From Nitrospirota bacterium (GTDB lineage: Bacteria > Nitrospirota > Thermodesulfovibrionia > Thermodesulfovibrionales > JdFR-88): 64,000 nucleotides of DNA. Both the position numbers and the translations under genes were made by a program. Location: NCBI GenBank assembly GCA_021789215.1, contig JAJYJS010000002.1, positions 142,605 to 206,604 of the forward strand. The letters run 5' to 3'. This document shows positions 36,958 through 44,506 of this stretch, piece by piece. Under the pieces are notes generated by a model. That model did no database searches. It saw only the letters and a program-made list of their open reading frames with translations, and was not told the origin of the DNA. Positions within the stretch are counted from its first letter, which is position 1; each line of letters starts with the position of its first letter.

Positions 36958-37676
36958 GCAGCGTGTCCTTCCCGCTGGCGTTTCTTGCAGGGCTCCTGTC
37001 CTTCCTTTCGCCGTGCGTCCTGCCGCTTGTCCCCTCGTATGTGTCTTTCATAACCGGGTTCTCGTTCGAGAGCCTCACCTCGGAAAAAGACAAGGTAAAA
37101 GTAAAAAGCCTCGCGGTAAAAAATTCGATAGCCTTCATACTGGGCTTCTCCACGATATTCATAGGGCTTGGAGCAAGCTCCTCTTTTCTGGGCAAATGGC
37201 TGATAGAGTACCAGAACACCATCCGGATAGCCGGGGGCGTGCTGATAATAATATTCGGGCTCTTCATTTCCGGGCTTTTGAAGCTGAACTTCCTCATGAG
37301 GGAGCGGAAGGTGCATCTGAGCGGGCGGCCCGCCGGATACCTGGGGGCCTTCCTCATCGGGATGACCTTTGCCGCCGGTTGGACCCCCTGCATAGGCCCC
37401 ATACTGGGCAGCATACTGCTCTATGCGACAACCAAGGGTTCCGCGCTTTACGGGCTGAAACTCCTTTCGGTCTATTCGCTGGGGCTGGCGGTGCCTTTCC
37501 TGCTTTCGGCCGTAGCCATAAACTCCTTCCTGCTCTATTCGCGCCGGGTAATGAAGTACATGCGGGTCGTGATGATAGTGAGCGGGCTTTTGCTGACGAT
37601 ATTCGGAGTGCTGCTGCTGGCCAACAAGACAAGGGAGCTTTCCAGCCTGTTCCCCGATATCGGGATAAATTTCTAA
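36954..37676 (+). CDS. ccdA: Cytochrome c biogenesis thiol-disulfide transporter CcdA (DsbD family)
   Basis: FLSPCVLPLVPSY and GWTPCIGPILGSIL motifs. ATGA overlap with the preceding gene; GTG at 36945 is an alternative start. Confidence 0.88.
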   Translation: MSSVSFPLAFLAGLLSFLSPCVLPLVPSYVSFITGFSFESLTSEKDKVKVKSLAVKNSIAFILGFSTIFIGLGASSSFLGKWLIEYQNTIRIAGGVLIIIFGLFISGLLKLNFLMRERKVHLSGRPAGYLGAFLIGMTFAAGWTPCIGPILGSILLYATTKGSALYGLKLLSVYSLGLAVPFLLSAVAINSFLLYSRRVMKYMRVVMIVSGLLLTIFGVLLLANKTRELSSLFPDIGINF

Positions 37677-37704
37677 AAACAAAAAAATTAAAAAAATTCT
37701 TATC

Positions 37705-37733
37705 TTTACATTGGTTAGGAAATATATTACAAT
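37705..37733 (+). promoter_or_regulatory. Sigma70-type promoter of the rpsP operon
   Basis: TTTACA (37705-37710), a 17-nt spacer, then TACAAT (37728-37733). An A-tract (UP-like) lies at about 37675-37700. Confidence 0.6.
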
Positions 37734-37765
37734 CATAGACACTTTGCAAATGGAGGTATGCTGCT

Positions 37766-38011
37766 TTGGTTAAGATTAGGCTTATGAGAATGGGCGCGCA
37801 CAAGAGCCCCTTTTACAGGGTTGTTGTCGCCGATCAGAAGGCGAGGCGCGACGGCCCCTTTGTCGAGATACTCGGTACCTACGACCCGAAAAAAGAACCA
37901 TTTGAGTTCAAGATCGACCAGGACAAGGCCCTGCGGTGGGTAAAGCAGGGAGCTCAGCCGACCGATACTGTCAGAAAACTGCTGCAAAAGGCTGGAGTAC
38001 TTACAGCCTGA
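37766..38011 (+). CDS. rpsP: 30S ribosomal protein S16
   Basis: (M)[25 protein letters not shown] start 9 nt after GGAGG. Confidence 0.93.
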   Translation: MVKIRLMRMGAHKSPFYRVVVADQKARRDGPFVEILGTYDPKKEPFEFKIDQDKALRWVKQGAQPTDTVRKLLQKAGVLTA

Positions 38012-38034
38012 TAACTCCGCGGGGGTGCTGAAGG

Positions 38035-38265
38035 ATGAAAAGCTTGATTGAGGCAATGGCAAGGGCTCTGGTGGACAAACCTGAAAGCGTGGCCGTAACC
38101 GAAGTCGAGGGCGAAAGGACGACAGTTTTCGAGCTGAGGGTAGATTCCAGTGACCTGGGCAAGGTTATAGGCAAGCAGGGGAAGACGGCCAGGGCGATGA
38201 GGACCATTCTTAGCGCCGCCGGGACGAAGATCGGCAAGCGTTGCGTGCTCGAAATCCTCGAATAA
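38035..38265 (+). CDS. KH-domain RNA-binding protein (YlqC/KhpA-like)
   Basis: 76 aa with [19 protein letters not shown] (GXXG KH motif). Canonical position after rpsP. Confidence 0.88.
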   Translation: MKSLIEAMARALVDKPESVAVTEVEGERTTVFELRVDSSDLGKVIGKQGKTARAMRTILSAAGTKIGKRCVLEILE

Positions 38266-38288
38266 AAACCCCGGATCAGCAATAAAGA

Positions 38289-38317
38289 GGGGGGGGCTTA
38301 TGCCCCCCTTGTTATTT
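38289..38317 (+). terminator. GC hairpin with a partial T-tract between the KH gene and trmD (possible attenuator or internal terminator)
   Basis: GGGGGGGGC-TTAT-GCCCCCCTT followed by GTTATTT. Confidence 0.4.
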
Positions 38318-38348
38318 ATAAAAAACCAATTATAAAGACAGAGAAAAA

Positions 38349-39095
38349 ATGCGCTTCGCCGTGATAACCCTCTTCCCTGAGATATTCCACGCCTATCTGG
38401 GCGCAAGCATCATGAAGAGGGCGGCGGAAAAAGGGGTCGCCAGCTTCGATATCGTGAACCTGAGGGACTTCGCGGCGGACAAACACAAGACCGTCGACGA
38501 TTACCCCTATGGGGGAGGCCCTGGGATGGTCATAAAGCCGGGCCCGGTGTATGATGCCATAAAGAGCATAAAGAGCGACGGCGCCGGGACCCTGACCATA
38601 CTGATGAGCCCGCAGGGCAGGCTCTTCGACCAGAAGGCCGCTGAACGGCTCGCAAAGGAAGACCGGCGGCTGCTTTTCATCGCTGGCAGGTACGAGGGCA
38701 TAGACGAGCGGGTAAAGGCGTCGCTGGTGGACGAGGAGCTGTCCATCGGGGATTATGTTTTGACTGGCGGAGAGCTTCCGGCTTTGGTTATAATAGACGC
38801 TGTCGTCAGACAGCTTCCGGGGGCTTTGGGCGATGAAGACTCGCTCGCGGAGGAGTCTTTTTCCTGGGGGATACTCGATTATCCCCATTACACCAGGCCG
38901 CCCGAATGGAACGGGATGAAGGTGCCCGAGGTGCTGCTTTCCGGCAACCACGGGGAGATAGCCAGGTGGCGCAGGAAGGAAGCGCTCCGCGCCACGCTCA
39001 GGCGGAGGCCGGACCTGCTTGAGAAAGCGGGGCCCGATAAAATGGATATGGAATTGATACGTGAGATAAAGGAGGAAGATTATGGACATGATTAA
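38349..39095 (+). CDS. trmD: tRNA (guanine37-N1)-methyltransferase
   Basis: [22 protein letters not shown] and LTGGELPA motifs. Confidence 0.95.
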   Translation: MRFAVITLFPEIFHAYLGASIMKRAAEKGVASFDIVNLRDFAADKHKTVDDYPYGGGPGMVIKPGPVYDAIKSIKSDGAGTLTILMSPQGRLFDQKAAERLAKEDRRLLFIAGRYEGIDERVKASLVDEELSIGDYVLTGGELPALVIIDAVVRQLPGALGDEDSLAEESFSWGILDYPHYTRPPEWNGMKVPEVLLSGNHGEIARWRRKEALRATLRRRPDLLEKAGPDKMDMELIREIKEEDYGHD

Positions 39096-39432
39096 GACCG
39101 TCGAGGAGGGGTTCAGGCGGGAGGTGCCCGCCTTCAACATCGGCGATACCGTCCGCGTTTTCATGAAAGTCATAGAGGGTGACAAGGAAAGGATACAGCC
39201 CTTCGAGGGCCTCGTGATCGCAAGGAAAAACGGCGGCATCCGCGAGACCGTCACCGTCAGGAAGATATCCTTCGGCGTTGGGGTGGAGAAGATATTCCCC
39301 CTGCACTCGCCCTTTGTCGAGAGCATCAAGGTGATAAGGCAGGGCCGGGTAAGGCAGGCCAAGCTCTATTACATCAGGGACAAAAAGGGCAAGGAAGCCA
39401 AGATAAAGGAAAAGCAGTTCGCAAAGAGATAG
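39082..39432 (+). CDS. rplS: 50S ribosomal protein L19
   Basis: FNIGDTVRV...[21 protein letters not shown]...[12 protein letters not shown]. Confidence 0.95.
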   Translation: MDMIKTVEEGFRREVPAFNIGDTVRVFMKVIEGDKERIQPFEGLVIARKNGGIRETVTVRKISFGVGVEKIFPLHSPFVESIKVIRQGRVRQAKLYYIRDKKGKEAKIKEKQFAKR

Positions 39433-39441
39433 GTTTTTTTC

Positions 39442-40056
39442 GTGTCCGGCCTCTATGGATACGACAATTCCTTCAGGCGCGAGGGCTGCGGGCGTGTAGC
39501 CGGAATCGACGAGGCGGGGCGGGGGCCGATAGCAGGCCCCGTGGTTGCCGCCTGCGTCGTCCTTCCGGAAGATACGGTCATCCGCGGGCTGAAGGACTCC
39601 AAGCTTATCCCACCCAAAGACATCGGCAGGATATTCGAAAAGGTAATCGGCTGCGCGCTTGACATAGGCGTGGGCATATCCAGCGTCGATATCATCGAGA
39701 GCATAAATATCTACCAGGCGACCAAGCTCGCCATGCGGCAGGCCGTGAGCCATCTGGGCGAGAGGCCCGGCATCCTGCTGATAGACGCAGTAAAACTGCC
39801 GGAGCTGGATATCAGGCAGGTCTCCATCATAAAAGGCGAGCTGAAAAGCGCCTCGATAGCCGCGGCGTCGGTCGTGGCCAAATACGTAAGGGACAGGCTC
39901 ATGCTCCACTACCATGGCATTTACCCGGAATACGGGTTCGACCAGCACAAGGGATATTGCACGAAGGAGCACCTGGACAGGGTTGCGAAATTTGGCCCCT
40001 GCCCCCTGCACAGAAAGACCTTCAACGGCGTGATGACAATGAAGCTGCCGTTCTGA
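39442..40056 (+). CDS. rnhB: Ribonuclease HII
   Basis: VAGIDEAGRGPIAGPVVAA and DSK motifs. GTG start. Confidence 0.92.
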   Translation: MSGLYGYDNSFRREGCGRVAGIDEAGRGPIAGPVVAACVVLPEDTVIRGLKDSKLIPPKDIGRIFEKVIGCALDIGVGISSVDIIESINIYQATKLAMRQAVSHLGERPGILLIDAVKLPELDIRQVSIIKGELKSASIAAASVVAKYVRDRLMLHYHGIYPEYGFDQHKGYCTKEHLDRVAKFGPCPLHRKTFNGVMTMKLPF

Positions 40057-40110
40057 AACACGGGGGAAAAATTCCCTCACCCCGGCCCTCCCGATTCGTA
40101 ACCCTAAACC

Positions 40111-40281
40111 ATTAGAACCTATCTCAAAATTAATTTTCCCGTTATCGGCCTCTGTTCGTCATTCCGGGCTTGACCCGGAATCCGGAGACTTTATTTGATT
40201 TTTGGCAAAGTCACTGGATACCGGCTTTCGCCGGCATGACGGACTTTCAACAAAATTGATGATTCCGGGATAGGTTCTAAT
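40111..40281. repeat. MITE-like unit: a 13-bp perfect terminal inverted repeat enclosing copy 2 of the composite palindromic repeat
   Basis: ATTAGAACCTATC (40111-40123) and GATAGGTTCTAAT (40269-40281) flank GTCATTCCGGG...CCCGGAATCCGG...AGTCACTGGATACCGGCTTTCGCCGGCATGACGG (40158-40245). Confidence 0.8.
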
Positions 40282-40297
40282 AAAAATGTTTTTGCAG

Positions 40298-40358
40298 GGG
40301 CGCACCCGCGTGTGCGCCCGTTTTCATATCCAGGGCAGACACGTGGGTCTACCCCTAC
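40298..40358. repeat. Two further short palindromic or repeat-type motifs
   Basis: GGGCGCAC-CCGCGT-GTGCGCCC is an 8-bp hairpin (40298-40319). It is followed by CAGGGCAGACACGTGGGTCTACCCCTAC (40331-40358). Confidence 0.6.
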
Positions 40359-40444
40359 TTGAGGGGGAACAGGACACGGTTTCAATGTCATATGTCCCCT
40401 TGTCTGTGTCCGCATTTTCCGTTTAAGATGGAAGCGGAGAGCGG

Positions 40445-40503
40445 GATTGCTTCGCTTCGCTCGCAATGACAATCAAAAAGTTTCTCAGCAAAGTTTTTCA
40501 GCA
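40445..40503. repeat. Half-copy of the GATTGCTTCG...CTCGCAATGAC...TTTTTCAGCA repeat family
   Basis: GATTGCTTCGCTTCGCTCGCAATGAC followed by AATCAAAAAGTTTCTCAGCAAAGTTTTTCAGCAC. Compare both arms of the element at 10699-10838. Confidence 0.8.
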
Positions 40504-40640
40504 CCAGCCGGGCTATCAACAGGGGGTATTTGAACACGTTGAACAAAAAATTCCTGAAAACCCTTTAAAAACAAGCAGAAACCATCCTGAATCTGAACAC
40601 TAAAAAAAGGGGGACGCAATGGTTACAAGAAACTGCTGTC

Positions 40641-42677
40641 TTACGCCGCTGGCGCTTCGGGCCTTTCAGTGGGCGAAGGCATGCCGCTTGCGGACACAGG
40701 CCTCGCAATCACTTTCTTTTCCGCCGCCGGAAGTTTGATGATGAAGCGGCTGCCCTTGCCCACTTCGCTTTCCACCTCTATGCGGCCATTGTGGCTCTGC
40801 ACGATCTTGTAGCTTATGGAAAGCCCAAGGCCCGTGCCCTTCTCGTTCTTGGTCGTGAAGAAGGGCTCGAAGATGCGGCCCATCACTTCCTTGGGTATGC
40901 CCTTGCCCGTGTCCGTTATATGGACCTCGACGAACTCGCCCGAACAATGCGTCCTGATGCCCAGCACGCCCTGCCGCTCCATCGAAAACACGGCGTTGTT
41001 GATGATGTTGAGGAAGACCTGCTTGAGCTGGTTCTCGTCCCCGTTTATCATGGGCAGGTCGCCGAAATCACTTGCGACCTTCACCCTGGAGTCCTTCATC
41101 TGCACGGAGACCAGGTCTATGACGCTCATGAGGAGGGCGTTCACGTCCAGCGGCTTTACCTCAAGCGGTTTCTTGCGGGAGAACTCAAGCAGCTGGTGGA
41201 CGATGTCCCTTGCCCTCAGGGACTCCTTCTCTATTATCTCTAGGTCCCTCATGATGCTGGAGGTGTCAGTCTCTTCCTTGATAAGCTCCGCATAGCCCAG
41301 GATGCTGGTCAGAGGGTTGTTTATCTCGTGGGCGACATTGGAGGCAAGCTCGCCGATAGCGGCAAGTTTGGCCGCCTGCACAAGCTGCTCCTGCGTGTCT
41401 TTCAGCTCTTTCATCTGGAGCCTCAAGCTCTCATAAAGCCTGGCGTTCTCCAGCGCGACGGAGAAGTTGTTGCCCAGAATCGCTATCAGCCTCGCGTCCT
41501 CCTCAGTAAAGCCGGCTTTCTTGTTGGCGGCCCTTATCGCCCCGATGAGCTTGCCCTTGTGCCTCACCCAGACGAACATCACGTTCCACACGCCAAGCGC
41601 CCGGTCGGCCTCGCTGGTGGGCGAGGCGGATATGCCGGAATTCAATATAAGCGCCCGTCTCTTTGTGGAAACGTAAAGCTCCTCCATATGGGCCAGGGGC
41701 ACCCTCATCTGCCTTGCGGCCTCGTCGGACAGGCCGGCGGCCGGGTGCATGTGCTCGAACCATCCGCCCTCGCCGTCCTGGCCGCGCAGCATGATGCCGC
41801 ACTGCTCCGCCCCGGTCAGCTCCCTGAGGCCAAGGCTCAGCTCCTTGTAGATGTCGCTCATCGTGGTTATCGAATGGAAAGTGAGCGTAATGCTGTAGAG
41901 GTTGGAGAGGCTGTGCAGGTAATGCATTATCTTCCCGTTGGAGTCCTTGAGGGTCATGCTCATGTCGTTGAAGGAGTTTATAAGCTCCCCGAACTCTCCC
42001 CTGCCCTTGTAGGGGGTGACGTAGCCCAGGTCGCCCTTCTTTATGCGGCGCGTGGCCCCGACAAGCTCCGTTATGGGTTCGGTTATCTGCCTGGTCATGG
42101 ATATGGCTATAACCAGCGCTATGAAGAGCGAGAGCGCAAGGGTGACAATCAGGATGCTCCTGGAGTTGTTTATGTCCTTTATGGCCTTCACGGTCTTTTC
42201 GTTCAGGCTCTTGTCTGCGATGAAGGCCATCTCCTGGGCCTTGCCGAGAAAGTTGTTCCCTATGCCTATGGCGGCCGTCCGCAGCCTTTCGACCCTCTGG
42301 GGGTTGGCCGTGGTCGTTATCAGGGCGCTCAGGGACTCCTTATAGTCCTCAACGATATTGTTCAGCTCCTCAAGCCGGGCGGTCATCTCCTGCGTATGGT
42401 GGCACCCGAGGCAGGTATGGACGGAGTTGTCCAGGTCCATGACATTCTGGACTATCTCATCCACGCCCTTGCCGAAGACGGTCCCTATGGTGTAGAGGTT
42501 CGTCTGGACCGTCTGGGCGTTTATGACCAGGTTTTGCCTTATTATCTCCACCCTGTGCAGCTTGATGACCGAGCGGAGGTTGGAAGTTGTCCGGTAGATG
42601 TAGAGTATCGTCAGCGTGGAGCCAAGCGTAAAGAGCATGAACAGCAGAAAAAGGGAATATATGAGCTGCTTCCTCAT
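40641..42677 (-). CDS. Sensor histidine kinase: TM, periplasmic helical domain with CXXCH, TM, HAMP, GAF-like, HisKA, HATPase
   Basis: Two TM segments (aa 5-27 and about 175-195). CLGCHH at aa 89-94. H-box VAHEINNPLTSI, N-box NIINNAVFSM, and DTGKGI and GTGLGL motifs. Confidence 0.9.
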   Translation of the reverse strand: MRKQLIYSLFLLFMLFTLGSTLTILYIYRTTSNLRSVIKLHRVEIIRQNLVINAQTVQTNLYTIGTVFGKGVDEIVQNVMDLDNSVHTCLGCHHTQEMTARLEELNNIVEDYKESLSALITTTANPQRVERLRTAAIGIGNNFLGKAQEMAFIADKSLNEKTVKAIKDINNSRSILIVTLALSLFIALVIAISMTRQITEPITELVGATRRIKKGDLGYVTPYKGRGEFGELINSFNDMSMTLKDSNGKIMHYLHSLSNLYSITLTFHSITTMSDIYKELSLGLRELTGAEQCGIMLRGQDGEGGWFEHMHPAAGLSDEAARQMRVPLAHMEELYVSTKRRALILNSGISASPTSEADRALGVWNVMFVWVRHKGKLIGAIRAANKKAGFTEEDARLIAILGNNFSVALENARLYESLRLQMKELKDTQEQLVQAAKLAAIGELASNVAHEINNPLTSILGYAELIKEETDTSSIMRDLEIIEKESLRARDIVHQLLEFSRKKPLEVKPLDVNALLMSVIDLVSVQMKDSRVKVASDFGDLPMINGDENQLKQVFLNIINNAVFSMERQGVLGIRTHCSGEFVEVHITDTGKGIPKEVMGRIFEPFFTTKNEKGTGLGLSISYKIVQSHNGRIEVESEVGKGSRFIIKLPAAEKKVIARPVSASGMPSPTERPEAPAA

Positions 42678-43561
42678 CTGGTATACCGGTAAGTCCTGAT
42701 GTCTATGCCAGCTTCTCTGGAAAGCTTGGCAACCGGGTCGAAATCTGAGACCTTCGACGCGGTGAACCCGGAATAGCCAAGTTCATGAAGCACCCGCTGG
42801 CCTTCGGGGTCTTTTTTCATCCCGACAAGGACGTCCATGAGTTTCTGGCGTATCAGGGGGTCCATGTCCTTCCTCAGGCAAAGCACGGTGTCCGGGAGCT
42901 TTTCGGACCTGGCTATCACCAGAAGCTCCTCGGCAACGAGGGGGTCCTTGGCGGCAAGCTTTTCAAAGTACCTGCTCTTGGCAACGCCAACGTCGGCCCG
43001 CCTGTCCAGGACGGAGTAAACGGAGGATTCCTGGTTTCCCGTGAAGTAATATTCCCTGAAAAACCCGTCAACATTGTGGACGCCAATGCCCCTGAGCTTG
43101 CAAAGGAGGTATATGAATCCCGTAGCGGTGGCTTTGTCCACGAACACGGCGCTTTTATGCCTGAACTGCCTGACATCCCGGATGCCGCTGTCCTTCCGGA
43201 CGAAGATTATGCTCTGGGCCACTGTGCCGCCCTCGGCGCCAACGGGCCTTACAAGCGGGACCACTCCCAGTTTCACATGGGCCAGGTAGCCCGTGAACGC
43301 CCCGAAAAAGGCCCCGTCCATGTCCCTTGTGACAAATGCGTCTATGATGTCCCCGTAACGGCTGAGTATCGTGAACTTTATGCTTATCCCGGTCTTGCGG
43401 CAGATGTAACCGGCAAGCGGCATGTTCCGCTCTATCTGCCTGAATATGTTCTCCTCCGGAATGAGGCCTATAAGCAGCTCCTTTTTCTCTGCCGCAAGGG
43501 CGGAGTTGCAGAAGGAGAACGCCAGCACCAGCGCGGCTGTTATCCTCATGGCGGCGCGCAT
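42674..43561 (-). CDS. PhnD-like (phosphonate-binding-fold) periplasmic substrate-binding protein
   Basis: Signal peptide MRITAALVLAFSFCNSALA. LLIGLIPEEN...VAKSRYFEKL pattern of the PhnD/PF12974-type family. 4-nt overlap with the kinase start. Confidence 0.75.
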   Translation of the reverse strand: MRAAMRITAALVLAFSFCNSALAAEKKELLIGLIPEENIFRQIERNMPLAGYICRKTGISIKFTILSRYGDIIDAFVTRDMDGAFFGAFTGYLAHVKLGVVPLVRPVGAEGGTVAQSIIFVRKDSGIRDVRQFRHKSAVFVDKATATGFIYLLCKLRGIGVHNVDGFFREYYFTGNQESSVYSVLDRRADVGVAKSRYFEKLAAKDPLVAEELLVIARSEKLPDTVLCLRKDMDPLIRQKLMDVLVGMKKDPEGQRVLHELGYSGFTASKVSDFDPVAKLSREAGIDIRTYRYTR

Positions 43562-44478
43562 CAGTAGATCACCTCGGTCGCGTCGGTCACAAGCCCCGTG
43601 GACATCCTCATCCCGACGGACGTCGAATTCCTGTAATTGTAAATAAGCAGGTATCTCCTGCCCTCCACTTTCCCAAGCCCATCGGCCGAAGACCTGCGCA
43701 ATGCCTTTAACAGCAGGTCGGCAGCCGCGGCCCCCTGCTCCGCCGGGTCCGGCGTCAGCATTATCGGCGCCCTCTTCTGCTTGTCGTAAAGCAGGGAGAC
43801 CATCGGCATCTTCCTGTATTCAGTCATGTTCAGGATGGTCGGGTATGCAGCTCCCGCAGTGGCGCATCCGGTGACGTAAAGCGCGTCTACCCTGACGGAG
43901 GCAAGGATGGACGCGATATCCGGCGACCTTCTGAGGTTGATGCCCGCCACCTTCATTCCGTATTTTCTTCCTATGACCATCAGCTCATCAAACTGGCTCA
44001 GCGAGTCCTCCTCCAGGCTGTTATATATCACACCCAGGGTCTCGAACTGGCGGGTGTCCCTGAGATACCTCAGAAGGCTCGCAATCGGGGTGGGGCTGTA
44101 CACGCCGGCCAGGTTCCTGCCCTTCAGCTGGTGTGCGGCGGGGCCGTAAACCCCGGCATAAATGACGGGCACGCCAGGCCTTTCCCGCAGGACGGCGGAA
44201 GCGGCGGCGGCCCCATAGGCAACTATGGCGTCAACATCGGCCGCAATCAGTTTCCGGGCCGCGTTGCTCCAGGAGACCACGTCGGGATAAGGCCGCTGGA
44301 CGATGAACTTTACATTGCCGTCTTTTCTGGCGATGTTTTTGGCGAGTTCGCTGTGTATCTCTTCATAGAAGGCGGAGCCGCGGGTAATTATCACCCCTAC
44401 GGTCCCGGCTTTTGAGGTGCCGGCCCGGAGGAGCAGACCAACTATCAGAAAGAAGCATATTAAGAGCTTTTTTCTCAT
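43561..44478 (-). CDS. ABC_sub_bind (COG2984-like) periplasmic substrate-binding protein
   Basis: Signal peptide followed by a periplasmic-binding-fold sequence (VGVIITRGS...VDAIVAYGAAAA...VIYAGV). 1-nt overlap with the next gene. Confidence 0.7.
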   Translation of the reverse strand: MRKKLLICFFLIVGLLLRAGTSKAGTVGVIITRGSAFYEEIHSELAKNIARKDGNVKFIVQRPYPDVVSWSNAARKLIAADVDAIVAYGAAAASAVLRERPGVPVIYAGVYGPAAHQLKGRNLAGVYSPTPIASLLRYLRDTRQFETLGVIYNSLEEDSLSQFDELMVIGRKYGMKVAGINLRRSPDIASILASVRVDALYVTGCATAGAAYPTILNMTEYRKMPMVSLLYDKQKRAPIMLTPDPAEQGAAAADLLLKALRRSSADGLGKVEGRRYLLIYNYRNSTSVGMRMSTGLVTDATEVIY

Positions 44479-44506
44479 TTATCCATGTAATTCACATGCT
44501 TGCTTA

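Noticed and set aside
40191-40472. A 93-aa minus-strand ORF in the rnhB-kinase gap, and the similar ORF at 34571-34933.
   Set aside because: Both are read entirely through the palindromic repeat modules. Their peptide content is the typical translation artefact of such repeats.
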